A DNA stretch of 64,000 bases from Flaccisagitta enflata (lineage: Eukaryota): NCBI GenBank assembly GCA_965153355.1, contig OZ231126.1:26660001-26724000 (forward strand), read 5' to 3'. This document shows positions 1-13,432 of this stretch, in pieces (the first letter of the stretch is position 1; each line of letters opens with the position of its first letter). Both the position numbers and the translations under genes were made by a program. Under the pieces are notes generated by a model, which saw only the letters and a list, made by a program, of their open reading frames with translations, ran no database searches and was not told the DNA's origin.

Positions 1-543
1 AGAATTTTTTATCAACTCAAGTCCTCTCAATTTACCTTTTAACGATTAAATGTAATCAGACACAAAATATCGAACAAATCATGAGATCGTTTTTTGAACA
101 ACAAAAGATAAGATTAGCGGGTCTGATTAAGATCTGCAATATGCAAATAGGCTCTTTGAGCGAAACAGATCAGTGGTTTTACAGGGAGGGAAATGGTCAA
201 TAGAACCATAGACCCTGTAACCCCACATCCCAGGCCCGCATCCGCTGACCATATAAAATTCGAGAAGAGCCAACCAAGTTTTCAACACAGCTTACAAAAA
301 GCCTGCTTTGTTTTCTTGCATATATCATGAAACAAATCTTGAACCGTTCAAAACTGATTTTCAGCTAAATATGAATTGAAGTATTTTTTATCAACTCAAG
401 TCCTCTCAATTTATTTTTCAACGATGAAATGTAATCAGATACGAAACATTGAACAAATCATGTGATTGTTTTTTGAACAACAAAGATAAGATAAGCGGGT
501 CTGATTCAGATCTGCAATATGCAAATAAGCTCTTTGAGCGAAA
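1..543. repeat. Direct repeat, ~165 bp, two copies ~379 bp apart (1-164 and ~380-543)
   Basis: TTTTTATCAACTCAAGTCCTCTCAATTT...CTCTTTGAGCGAAA occurs at both positions with scattered substitutions; the first copy may be cut by the window edge. Confidence 0.85.
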
Positions 544-774
544 ATCACACTCATTCAAATTTCCTACCTCAACATTATCAGCCAACCTTGTATGACCAGT
601 GGAACAATATCTTTCACTATACCAAAACAAAAAATATGCCGGAAGAATGCCTTTTGAGCTCTGTATCAGTGATTTGAAAGAGTTTCGCTGCAAGTTCATG
701 CTTTTATACTGATACAAACTGAGAACGAACTCAAGCAGCGATATCATTGACTACCTTGTGACGGAGTTCCATGC

Positions 775-982
775 AGAAAGAGTCTGGCTGCCGGCATGAT
801 TTTCAGTCTAGCTTACTTTGTATTAGCGATTCATTTGCAAAAAGCCTTGCTGCCGGCGATAGTTCAATTAAGCTTACCTCGCATTTGTGATTCATTTGGA
901 AACAGTCTAGCTGCCTTCGGGGGTTCAATTAAGCTTACCTTGCATTTGTGATTCATTTGGAAACAGTCTAGCTGCAGGCGAG
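775..982. repeat. 60-bp tandem minisatellite, ~3.5 copies
   Basis: Unit approx. AAACAGTCTAGCTGCC..TTCAATTAAGCTTACCTTGCATTTGTGATTCATTTGG recurs at 60-nt spacing. Confidence 0.85.
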
Positions 983-984
983 GG

Positions 985-1100
985 TTCCGGCGTCGGCGGT
1001 GACGTCAACAAGAAACCGGAAGTTACGTAAGCAGCGGAATTCATGGCGTTAAAATCAGGCGCCGCCGACGAGACGGCGACAGCGAGAGAATCGTGCCAAC
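985..1100. promoter_or_regulatory. Candidate CpG-rich promoter with CRE, ETS and PAR/bZIP motifs
   Basis: TGACGTCA at 1000-1007, CCGGAAGT at 1016-1023 and TTACGTAA at 1023-1030 lie within 31 bp in a local CpG-rich patch. No downstream gene could be identified. Confidence 0.45.
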
Positions 1101-2087
1101 GTCTTAATCACCGACTTTTGACTTTTTGTTTTTTTGTTTTATTTTTCTATGAAATCAATTTGTGTTCAAGTATGACGAGAATTTCCGAGACTAGGGATTC
1201 TACTCAAGGATCGCTCTTCTTCCAATTTTTGTGTGTGTTCCAAATCTTCTTGTTGTGTACGACGTAAAAAATGATTCATTGGACTTCACGAGTAAGTCCA
1301 ACAATAAGGTCTCAGAAAATTGTAGATAATGCTTTCGGTCTGACGAATGTCAGTTACGTCACATGATCTCCTCTACTCCTTAATAATGATTAATGAATAA
1401 TGGTGATAATGAAGCGGGGCGATTCATTTATGTAATTGACGTCGTAGTCTGGTAGATATTATCGAAGGTACAGACGCCAGGTTGAAGATGGAGGATGGCA
1501 GAATTTCTCCGTTGGCTTTCCACCAAAGTTTTCGATCCTTTACGATTAATTCCGAAATGACCTGAAATGACGACGTTCTACTTAGTGACTTTTTCTTTCT
1601 TTCGTTGTTCTTGATAATTCGAATATGTGGTTTTTCTTTAACTGTATTGCACTCCAGATGGAAAAAATGTTGCGCGAAGCTGAAATCTGCGAGATAAAAA
1701 GAGAAATATATGAATTCCTTTCCTCATGACATTTATAATTGTAAATTTTAGTACAATCTATCCAATTCGTGAATATGGGTCAGTGGTTTTTTTATTCTTC
1801 CCTCTTTTTCCAACCTCTTGTTTTTTGTTGTTTTTTTTCTTCTCTTATTTCCCATTTGTTTCTTTTTTTTTTCAGGCCTAAATAATGACATTTACGGAAA
1901 AGAGCGATTCAAAGAATGATTTTTTTTTTAATCTAAAAAAAAGTCAAATGCGATTTTTTTTGTTAAATGCCAGCGAAAGAAAAAAACAACTTGTCTCGAT
2001 GTTTTCGTCAGAAACGGAATGGGAGTAGATGAATGAGGTTAAGACAGATTCTGAAAGATGTTTGAGTGATTGTGAACGCGCGCGCGC

Positions 2088-2131
<44 letters not shown>

Positions 2132-3487
2132 CTGGAAGAAGAATTTTCGATGCGAATCTAAAAATTGCGCGACCGAAACGAGATGGAAAGAGAAGGACGT
2201 AACGCCGCGTGAGAGAGAGAGAGAGAGAGACAGACAGAGAGACAAACAGGGATAGACAGACGGAGTACAGGCAGACAGGATAGCAAACGGACAGGGTGAC
2301 AGACAGTGACCGATAAAGCAAGAAGAAAAAGACTAAACAACAAACAAAATAAAAATCAAACAAACTAACAATCAAACAAACAAAAATGTGAGCTCACGCC
2401 GAGGCGACATACTTACGAACTGACAGGTAGAAATGGGATCGAGAAATGATTAAACAGTGTTTGATCCATTTAGACACAGTCAAAAAGAGAGCAATTTCAA
2501 CCTCAACTCAAGTCTTACAAAGTTTCAACGTACAAGAAATATATGTATGACATACAGAAATGCAAGACAGAACGCCCAAGATGAATGTAGACAGAAAGAA
2601 GAGAGACAAAAAGGGAAAATCCAAAAAGAGGACAGAAAAACAAAAAAAATCTTTTCACCATAACTGTCTTTTTCCTTCTTTTCTCTCAAATTTATTTTGT
2701 TTTTTCTCCTCTCACGGTAGACTTTTGTCTCTGTCTCTCTCTGTCTCTCTGTCTCTCTCTCCCTCCCATTTTTTTTAAAAAGCCGAGTTAGATCGATGTG
2801 CTCGCACCATGGAGATCCTTATATTCGGCCCATAAGGTTCTTCTTGGGGGAAAATTCACCCTTTTCATCGTCTATTGTGGCCCCGGTGACGGTCGTCTTC
2901 GTCGTCGTCGTCGTCGTCGCCAACGTCGTCGTCGTCTTGTTGGTCCTAAATGCTGACGCGACACGAGCGATGATGATGACACGATCACAGGTGGCGACGA
3001 GGAGGCGACGAGGAGGTGGCGCTCTAAACAGCGCCGCCGTCGCCGTCCCGAGTCTACGAGTGATTGATGGACGCCGGGGAGGAGGAGGAGGAGGAGGAGG
3101 AGGAGGAGGAGAGGAAGGAAAAGAGGAAGAAGAAGAAGTAGAGAGGAAGGAGTAATAGAGGAAGAAGACAAGGAAGAGGAAGAAGGGAAAAAGGAAGAGA
3201 TGGAGGAAAGAAGATAAAGACAATGTAATGATAAAGGAGATAAGAATGAATGGAAGCAAAGAAAGGAATTGAAGAAGAAGAAGGAGAAAAAGAAAAAAAA
3301 AAAGAGGAAGAAGAAAAAGAAAAAGAAAGTAAAAGTAAAAGTAAAAGTAAAAGTAAAAGTAAAAGTAAAAGTAAAAGTAAAAGTAAAAGTAAAAGTAATA
3401 GTAAACGTAAAAGTAAATGTAAAAGTAAAAGTAAAAGTAGAAATAAAACAAAAAGAAAAAGTTAAAAGAAAAAGGAAAAGAAAAAGA

Positions 3488-3618
3488 AACAAGGCCAAGT
3501 AGGCCAATAAGGTGCGACGTGTGGATCGTCGAACGAATGCGTTACAGACAGACCAACCGACCAACCGACCAACCGACGGACACAGCCAGTTATAGAGGTG
3601 CTTTGTCGCACCTAAAAA
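3488..3618 (-). mobile_element. Non-autonomous Helentron-type element (HINE/DINE-1-like), family A, complete
   Basis: Minus strand: T-run, subTIR AGGTGCGAC with adjacent short inverted repeat, (GTCG/GTTG) microsatellite, inverted subTIR GTCGCACCT, GGCC-TACTT-GGCC hairpin, terminal TTGTT. A second copy lies at ~12477-12598. Confidence 0.8.
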
Positions 3619-4210
3619 AAAGAAAAAGAAAAAGAAAAAGGAGAAGAAGAAGGAGAAAAAAAAGAAAAAAAAAAGACAAAGAGAAGAAGAAACAGGAGAA
3701 GATGTTATTGGAGAAGGAGATTAAAATGACACTAGATGCACAGATCATGTCGCGGACGGTTTGATAGGGTCAATAATGGGGAAGGGAAACTTTTATACTG
3801 TTGCGTTACAGACCAACGGACGTACGGCCAAAGTCACTGATAGAGTCGACAAAAAGAAAAGGAGAAAAGTCAGGGCTAGCAATTGGACATGGGAGACTAT
3901 TGCGAAACACGAAGCGATCCGTGCAAGCAAGAAAAAAGTAAGTCAAAACCTTGAAAGACAATGGAATTAGATAGGACAATGCCAAAGGCCATCAACGGGA
4001 ATCATAAACTAATCCACTTCTCAATGACATTGGATATTTTGACGATAGGGACCAGCGACATTACAACTGACAACCCGAATGAAAAAGTTGTGGCGTTTAC
4101 ATTGACAACTGTTCCCTGCGCCAGATTGCGAATGATGATGAGTTTGATGACCTATCGAATGCAGATACTGTCTAAGAAAAAGCTTATTGCATTGTTAAAG
4201 CTAGCTTATA

Positions 4211-4784
4211 CAGTAGATGTCGTCTAGACTTGGAAATCTGGGGGAATTCATTACAGGAAGACAAATAAAGTTAAGAGAGTGATATTTGAAATATGAACTA
4301 TTAAAAGGATGCTTTATTGCCCATGGGTGTTGGTTGCCATGGAAACACATTTCCATGTATTTATGCTAAAGTATCAATTTTTTGAGAAATTTTTTGAGGG
4401 AACATTGTTTAAAATAAAATTTGCTACAACTTTCCCACAGTATGTTCTGTAAGAATATCGCCGGTTTGGCGGTTGCTAGGGAGCATCACAGGGCTGTCAC
4501 ACATAGTTACGCTCCCTAGCAACGGCTAAACGAGCAATATTCTTATAGAACATACTGTGGGAAAGTTGTGGCAAATTTTATTTTAAACAATGTTCCCTAA
4601 AAAAATTTCTCAAAATATTGATACTTTAGCGTGTATACATGAAAATGTGTTTCCATAGCAACCAAAACCTATGGGCAACAAAGCATACTTTTATTAGTCT
4701 ATATTCCAAATATCGGTCTCTTAAGTAAATTTATCTTCCTGTAATGAATTCCCCCGTATTTCCAAGTCTAGACGACATCTACTG
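4211..4784. mobile_element. Fold-back MITE, TA target-site duplication (Tc1/mariner-type)
   Basis: TA|CAGTAGATGTCGTCTAGACTTGGAAAT ... ATTTCCAAGTCTAGACGACATCTACTG|TA; almost the whole 574 bp is an imperfect palindrome. Confidence 0.9.
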
Positions 4785-5360
4785 TATCAATTGGATATTC
4801 ATGTAGTCACAAAAATGGGGCTAGACTTAGAGGAATGTAGTTGGCGATGTATGAATGAGTTTGTGAACTGGTTTCAGCACTTGCTCATTTTTTCCTTTTT
4901 ATAAGTTTCCTTGGGTATTAATGCTAATAAAAGAAATGCGACAAACTTATTTCCAGCATTTCATGATCTGTAAACTCCTACCTCAATGATTCATTCATCA
5001 CAACGAAAATCTTTCATTGTTTCTAATCTTTCACTCAATCTCTACTAGCCGATTTACTCTTCACTAAGTTAGTGCCATTGGCACTGACCAATTGCATTTC
5101 AAGTCCACCTCCAGCAATTCCAACTCTTCCATTGCCGTAACTGCTTTTCACCTCCTCATTGCCTTCATTATTTCCACTTTCTCTTTTTATCCTTTTCTCT
5201 TCTTTTCTCCTTCATTTTCTGACCACCTCGGAATGACTATCATGCAGATTCACAGATTCAGACTCATTCACGCTTTAATGCACTTTCTTTGTTAGTCTGT
5301 CATAGATGATGCTTTTATTTACCATCCCCTTCTCTTGCTCTACATCTCTCTCTTTCACTC

Positions 5361-5428
<68 letters not shown>

Positions 5429-5494
5429 TTCCTTCTTTTCCTCTTCTTCTCCGTCTTCTCTTCTCTCTCTCCCTCTCTCATATATATGCCCCTC

Positions 5495-6098
5495 TTTTTG
5501 GGCAGCGGCCCCGAAGGGGCACACATAGGAAATTTCTCCTTCTTCTTCTCCTTCTTCTCCTTCTCCGTCCCCCCTCAAGACCCAAATCCTAGTCTCGAGA
5601 CCAAATCTTTCGAGCCTCAAATCACCGCTTTGACTCAAATCCCCACTTTGAAGCTCAAATCCCAGCCTCGAGGCTCAAATCCCAGTCTCCAGGCTAAAAT
5701 CCAAGCCTTGAGGCTCAAATCCCAGTCTCAAGGCACAAATCCCAGCCTTGAAGCTCAAATCCCAGCCTCGAAGCTCAAATCCCAGCCTCGAAGCTCAAAT
5801 CCCAGCTTTGAAACTCAAATCCCAGCCTCAAAGCTCAAATCCCACCCATAAAGCTCAAATCCCAGCCTCGAAGCTCAAATCTCAGCGTCAAAGCTCAAAT
5901 CCCAGCCTCAAGGCCCTAATCCAAGCCTCAAGGCCCCAATTGCAGCCTCCAGGCCCTAATTCCATCCTTGAGGCCCAAATAAAAACAGCATAGGTCATCG
6001 GCCCCTTCGGGGCCGCTGCCCCTCTAACCATCTCACACCCACAAACACTCACATAGGGGCAACGGGTACCGCTGACCATCTAACGCTTTTGCGACTAT
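5495..6098 (+). mobile_element. HINE-like element with central 21-bp tandem array (type I), complete
   Basis: T-run followed by GGGCAGCGGCCCCGAAGGGGC (5500-5520), with its perfect inverse at 6001-6021. Array of approx. GGCTCAAATCCCAGCCTTGA(G) units at ~5580-5980. 3' hairpin CGC-TTTT-GCG then ACTATT. Confidence 0.8.
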
Positions 6099-6409
6099 TT
6101 ATGTTTTTCTTTCTTTTCTCAAAGTCATAGGTCCAACATAGGTCCAAACTCGATCGTCTGCCTAAGTGCTTGCATCCTTGCATCCCAACATGGCATCCTG
6201 GGTTTGTCGAACAAAGGCCATTTACAATTGAACCCCACAATAATGGATGTCAACGGATCAATAGATTTTATCAGTTATTATTGACAACATAAGAAATATA
6301 GAGAATTATCACTAGGATACTAATACTTCATAGGTTTTGTAAGTGGAATTCCGTTACTCTGGGCTTCGTTATTGCGGGATTTAACTGTTGTTCAATTCTA
6401 GCGTCCCTA

Positions 6410-7008
6410 CAGTGGGGTTCATGGAATAACAGCCTAAACTGGAGGAAGGTATTTAAGTGTCTTAATTTCATTTGACAAACTTGATATTTGAAATTTAAGT
6501 TGTTCACTTGATTTTGTCCCTGAGTTTTTTGGTTGCTATGGAAACCAAAATTATTTTTTTGAATATTTATAACAACTAGAATATCGATATTTTGACAAAT
6601 ATTATCAGGGAACATTGCTCAGAATTAAATTTGCTACAACTTTCCCACAGTATGTTCTGTAAGAATATTGCTCGTTTAGCCGTTGCTAGGGAGCATCATT
6701 TAGCGGTTTCTAGGTGTGATGCCCCCTAGCAACAGCTAAACGAGCAATATTCTTACAGAACATACTGTGGGAAAATTGTAGCAAATCTAATTTTGAGCAA
6801 TGTTCCCTGACAATATTTCTTGAAATATTGATATTTTAGTGGTTATAAATGTTTGAAAAAATAATTTTGGTTTCCATAGCAACTAAAAAACTCAGGGACA
6901 AAAGCATCAAGTGAACAACTTATATCTTAAATATCAAGTTTGTCAAATGAAATTAAGACACTTAAATACATTCCTCCAGTCTAGGCTGTTATTCCACGAA
7001 CCCCACTG
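6410..7008. mobile_element. Fold-back MITE, TA TSD
   Basis: TA|CAGTGGGGTTCATGGAATAACAGCCT ... AGGCTGTTATTCCACGAACCCCACTG|TA; palindromic, with the central core shared with 4211-4784. Confidence 0.9.
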
Positions 7009-7659
7009 TATCCTGTTTTTTTTTTCTTCTTTTTTTTTTCTTTTTCAAAAATGACACAGGGCTAGTGCATGATGTGGTTCTGCGACGTGTTCACTTTATT
7101 CGCTTTCGCTTCTTTCCGTAGTACCACCGATCGCGATATGCGCGTTGACACTTGACAGACACTTTTCCATTTCAAGTTCCCCTTTCATTCCCCCGCGAGT
7201 TAATCGCAGATCTCAAGAAGTCTGATGTGGAATCGGCGATCATGCAGCCCGAAAAATTACAATTCTCAACTTCCGAGATCTCCTGCGCGAGCCTTATCTA
7301 TAGTCATTAACAAAATAGTCAATCAATTATACATACAAATAAATGGCAAATACAACTCTTTTATTGAGGTTTAGAATGTACAGGGAACCAACGCATATTT
7401 CAAATTAACGCCAAGGCTGCTATCCAAATCACTAGAATGACTTTTTGCGCCTCTCAAGAAACCAAAAGGAAGGAGAAAAAAATGAAGAAAAGGAAGAAGA
7501 GTATGAAAAGAAAACAGAATAATCGGATTGAAGGAGCGACAGTCAGGGAACAAAGGGAGGGAGGGGGGGGGGGCTGGGTAAGGACCGGTGCTGGGGCCCG
7601 CCATCTCTCTTAACATCTCTGGCGCCACCCAAGAGTTTCGATGCAACATCAAGGGCCAT

Positions 7660-7865
7660 ACCATCTCGATTGAAAATCAAGGGCGACACCAATCACCACC
7701 TCCGGTGACGACCGAAGTGACACCAAGCTCCATCTCGATTGACAATTGTATCAACACCAAGTTCCATCTCGGGTTACAATCAAAGCGACACCAAGTGCCA
7801 CCTCGGGTGATAATCGAAGCGACACCAAGTACCACCCCAGGCTGACAATCGAAGCGACACCATGT
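7660..7865. repeat. ~34-bp minisatellite, ~6 diverged copies
   Basis: Unit approx. CACCTCGGGTGACAATCGAAGCGACACCAAGTNC; GACACC/AACACC recurs every ~34 nt. Confidence 0.75.
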
Positions 7866-7971
7866 GCGTGGGGTGAAAATTAATCGTTTCTGAATTATCT
7901 TCGACAAACCCAAGCATGGAAACTGAAAGTTGCCACTGTCGGGGAGTACGAGGAGGGAGGCAGGAACACGT

Positions 7972-8051
<80 letters not shown>

Positions 8052-8819
8052 CTAGACATACAGACAGGCAGACAGACAGACACGATGAGAAAGAGATAAA
8101 AAGAGAATGACTTTTTTTAAATTTTTAGTAAGATAAATAAAGGAGCCTATTTGTGGATTTTTTAGCATTCAAATACAAGAAAACATGTTTATCAGTGAGG
8201 GTGTTTTTTCACTATTCTAGCTCATTTAGCTCAGCTTTTTTTTTTCTTTTTGTGATTTGAATGCGATAGATGAATCATTGTTTTGATCCATTTTTCAGCA
8301 TGCAAATACAAGAAAGCATATCAATGAGCATAGTTAGTCATCTGTGTGAGTGATATGATTATTATAGTACAGCTTGCTCATTTAGCTTAGTCCTATTTTT
8401 GTTTGATTTTTAGTGCAATCAATACATACAATGGCTCTTGCTTCAGTCTAACAAATGAAAAGATTTACAGTGACTGAAGACAAAAGCTTGGTGGAAAATG
8501 GCCAATTCTTTCGCCTTTTTAGTCGCTTGCACGCAACTCTACAACCCGCTCTGTCCGCTCTTTTAGTCATTTAGTCTTATGGTCTTAACAACCGCACGCG
8601 ACTGTAAAGTGGTGGCCTTGTTTTCTGGTTTACTGGTAACTAAGCAGTGAGCGTGAGTCATGCCATCTGCATCCTCCATATACACTATAAATTGAAGCTG
8701 AAGCCTGCCACCCGAATTTATCAGCGTCATTGGTACAATGATTATGCTGTTGTAAGACACCGATTGCAAAAACTTCAAATAGGACCAGCATAAATAAGAA
8801 CAGAGCCAACGATTTCATG

Positions 8820-8950
8820 AACAAGGCCAACACCTATAAGTCGCGTGCGAGACTTATATTTAGAATGACTTAGAATGAATTAGAATGACTTATTATACTC
8901 TTATATGACCTAAAATGCCCCAAAGAAATAAAATTGATTAAAAAAGTATG
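8820..8950 (-). mobile_element. HINE family B fragment (3' end plus 10-bp TTAGAATGAC repeats)
   Basis: AACAAGGCCAACACCTATAAGTCGCGTGCGAGACTTA start; reverse complement of the copy at ~33820-34047. Confidence 0.75.
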
Positions 8951-9494
8951 CTTCTTACGAAATTCCGCCTCTAGCGAATATCTTTGAAAGTCCCATCATA
9001 CTTTCTTTAGATTTTTTGTTAAAAAAAATCGCCTATAACGTACTGTGACTAACGAAAAACCGCCTGTAGCAAAGTATTTTCCAGTGAAAATGGTATTTAT
9101 GAGTGACGTGTCACGTGTAACGAAATTTGGGGAGAAAGAAAGGAAGGATCAGGAATTATCAGGAAGGAAGGAAGGAAGAATGAAACAGAGAAAGAAAGGA
9201 AGAAGAGAAAGAATTTTTTTCATGGAGAGAAATAAAGAAAGGAGGAAGGGAAGGAAGGAGGGAAGGAAGGAAGGAAAGAAGGAAGGAAGGAAGGAAGGAA
9301 GAAAGGAAGGAAGAAAGGAAAGAAAGAAACAGAGAAAGAAAGAAAGAAAGAAAGGAAGGAAGAAGAGAGAAAAGGATGAAAAGAAAGGAAGAGAAATGAA
9401 GTGAACCTAGAGAGAGGGAAGAAGAGTGTGTGTGTGTGTGTGTGTGTGTGTGATGATATGCTACTTTGTGCCGTGTAACTTTCAAGATGAATAA

Positions 9495-10378
9495 CAGGGT
9501 GAGCAAAATTATCCGGAATTACTTCATGGAAAGAAAACTATACTTAAAAGTGACCCAGCATCGTAAAATTTGAACTAGAGTACCCCAGTCATTTAGACTA
9601 GAAGCTAGAATTGATTGTAGGACTTTTCAGTATCCCTAGTCGCTATGGGAGTCAAATAATTGGGGGCAAAGGTTTTGATTTTGACATGATTTTATTCCCC
9701 CCCCCCACTTCCTTTGATTTTCTTCCCCGCAACGCGTTGCCTCGCATTTTTATATCTATGATTTTCTTCCCCATATAGCAATAAAACTAAGTAGTTAAGG
9801 TTTAAATGGTGTTAAATTGTGTTTTCCTAATTGAGTTTTATGATTTGGTACTGTAAAAAGTTATATTTTCCCCAAATTTCCTTTTTTTCTCTGTTTTCCC
9901 CTTTTAATTTCCTTCCCCATCTCCAGACCCTTTGATTTCCCCCCCCCACCAGGGGGGGGGAAACTAAAGAATATACAGGCCTGTTTCCTAGGCAAAATAG
10001 GTTAAGAAAATCAAAGATTCTAGTATTTGTGCCTACGCCATAGTGACTTTCTTAGCTTGGCACACACTATGCTGAAAGAGGTAAGTTATATCAACATGAA
10101 TCGCGGTTACCGAAGCAAATAAACTAGACAGTGAGGGCAAGAAAAACTAACAACAGATTTGCAGTTTTCTCTTTATAAATCTTTTTGATAAATGTTTTAT
10201 AAGAATCAAATTTACCCAAAAAGTTCTATTTCTGACTTTTTAATTCTATATGAATTTTAGTTTTGTACACTAAAAAAGATATTTTTTCATGTATACCAAT
10301 TATGCTTTCAAAAACCATTATTTTTACATAGTTTTTAGGAAAAGTAAGTGCCTATTCCGGATAATTTTGCACACCCTG
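9495..10378. mobile_element. Non-autonomous TIR DNA element (CAGGGTG termini, mariner-like)
   Basis: CAGGGTGAGCAAAATTATCCGGAAT ... ATTCCGGATAATTTTGCACACCCTG; TA TSD not preserved. Confidence 0.7.
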
Positions 10379-11127
10379 TTAAAACCATTCTGATGGTTGT
10401 TTATGCTACTATATTACTAGCAATTGTTTCTCTATGGCAGTATGGCTACAGCGAAATTCTCCTGTAACGAAAAAATATCAGGTTCCCTTGGGCTTCGTTA
10501 GAAAGGTTTTTAACTATACTTGTTTTATGGTTCTACATGTTAAATAATTTCGGGAGACAATCAAAACTATCTGCATATTCCCACAATGATAGTTATTCTA
10601 TGAACGATGAAGTCATGGCTATTTGTGCATTACGCTCAGAAGTGCATTACGCTCAGAAGTTTCTTTATTTCTTCTCTGACATTTCTAAGCCAATATCCTA
10701 CTGCAATATGTGTATTAAGAGGTTATTGCCCTGCTGGTTAGACATGAATTCATTTCTAGGATTCTTAATTAGGTTGGATTTTCTTGAGAAGCCGACCCTA
10801 ATCTTTTTGGCCTAAAAATACAGCCTTCGGCTTGACTAAGCCAATTAACCATTTTGTTCATTCTCGACTTTTCAAATGTTTTCGTCTAAAAATGACATCT
10901 CCGGTAGGAACCAATATCGATACTTTTTAGACAGATTTTAAACAAAATTCTGAACGATTTTAAAAATTACAAGTACATTACTGGGTTTTGAAAATATAAA
11001 ATGATGGCTTTCGTTTTCGACTTGACGAATGATGAGAATTGTCGAAAATGATCCAATGAAGTCCCAAAAAAATCATGACGGACCACACAGAAAGAAAGGA
11101 AGCTCGATGACCGATCGACCCAGGTGA

Positions 11128-11580
<453 letters not shown>

Positions 11581-11623
11581 AAAAAGAGAAAATGAGAAAG
11601 TGAGAAAAGTAGGAATGATCATG

Positions 11624-11847
11624 AACAAGGCCGGATACACGGCTACCCCAGTGGCATGCGGGTGGGTAGGAGCAGTGCTGGAGAAGGTAACTTGGGCATC
11701 TGGGCAGGAGCCGTATGCTCAAAAAGCTCAAAAACGCCGAAAAAGTAAAAAGGCGAACAACCGACAAACCAACCAACCAAACGACCGACCAACCGACCGA
11801 TGGACCGACATAGCGGGGTGTAGAGTCGCGTAGCACGCGACTAAAAA
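11624..11847 (-). mobile_element. HINE family C, complete
   Basis: Minus strand begins TTTTTAGTCGCGT-GCT-ACGCGACT (hairpin), has a (GGTC/GGTT) microsatellite and ends GCCG-TGTATC-CGGC hairpin plus CTTGTT. Relatives at 42001-42201, 54719-54815 and 24600-24632. Confidence 0.8.
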
Positions 11848-13275
11848 TTTGAAAACGAAATTCCTAATCCTATTCAAATCTCAACTGTCAGTTGTTGAGA
11901 TGAGGTTTGATTTCTTGACACTTGTCAGTTGTCACTCATCAACATGAAATTGGTCGTTTTCTATTTTTAAACAAGCGTGCTATAGACTCTACCAAGGAAG
12001 ACGATCAACTTTTAATTACAAGATAAGATAAGATTTCCTGCCCTGCATTACTGTTAAAACCGCCATTGTCACACATCACTGCCCCTGCCCAGTTAAAATT
12101 GAAATTTATGATTTTCTATTGACCCAGACGTGACAAGTGACAAATAATCACGAGTGTCTAGTCTAAATGGTTAAATTTGTAAATGCGCAAAGCCGTCTTC
12201 CTTGTTCGCCACCTGCTGAGTTAGTAAGTAATATCGCGAGAGACAAAAGCACATCGTAATATGTTCCTAGACCAAGATTGATCGTTAAGGAGAGTCACAC
12301 GCACCAATTATTCGTCGGGCCTTGCCTCTTTCTCTTACGGAGCAAAAAGTAAAAAACAAGCCCTAAACAAGGCAAAAGTCGCGGACGGTTGGGCAGGGGC
12401 AGTACTACAGTACTACAAAACTACAGTACAACAGTGGTTCACACCTACCTTCCTCACTATGACGTAAAACAATAATAACATGGTCAAGTAGGCCAATAAG
12501 GTGCGACGTGTGGATTGTCGAACGAGTGCGTTACCCGACCGACAGACTGACCAACCAACCAACGGACATAGCCGAGGTGCTTTGTCGCAACTTAAAAGAC
12601 AAACAAGACAATATCTCAATATATTATGGACGGACGGACAGAGGGACGGACGGACGGACGGACGGAAGGACGGAAGGACGGACGGACCGACATAGCAGGG
12701 TGTAGAGTCGCGCGTACACGACTAAAAAAGAAATCGTGAACATTTCAGCAAAAATTGTATTAATTGTGAATGAATATTGATAAGGAGGGGCTGGTTGTCA
12801 ATCGAGTCTGACCCGAGTTTCGTGGTGATGAGTGAATTGTGGTGGTGGTCTGTGATCGTGTGGTGGTGGTGGTGGTGGTGGTGGTGGTGGTGGTGGTGGT
12901 GGTGGTGGTGGTGGTGGTGGTGGTGGTGGTGGTGGTGGTGGTGGTTGTGTTGATGTTAGTGGTGTTGGTGGTGATGGTGGTGGTGGTGATGATGGTGGTG
13001 GTGGTGATGGTGGTGGTGAGGGTAATGGTGGTTATGATGTTGGTGGTGGTGGTGGTGGTGGTGGTGGTGGTGGTGGTGGTGGTGGTGGTGGTGCTAGTGG
13101 GGGTTGTGGTGGTAATGGTGGTGGTGTTGTATGGCTGTAGTGATGAGTGACGTGTGGCCATCTCTGCCGAGGCCAACCGCCAATTGCCCCTCCTCTTTCA
13201 TTTCATTCTCCGCCTTTTACCTGCTGAGGCTGTCTCTGTGTGAGAGTGTATCGTTGCTATGTGTGTGTATCGTCG

Positions 13276-13329
<54 letters not shown>

Positions 13330-13343
13330 GTGTGTGTGTGTAA

Positions 13344-13432
<89 letters not shown>

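Noticed and set aside
7660-7865. Regularly spaced repeats (also 775-982, 38354-38416, 45595-47566) as a CRISPR array
   Set aside because: The units are tandem with no unique spacers, there are no cas genes, and the context is eukaryotic.
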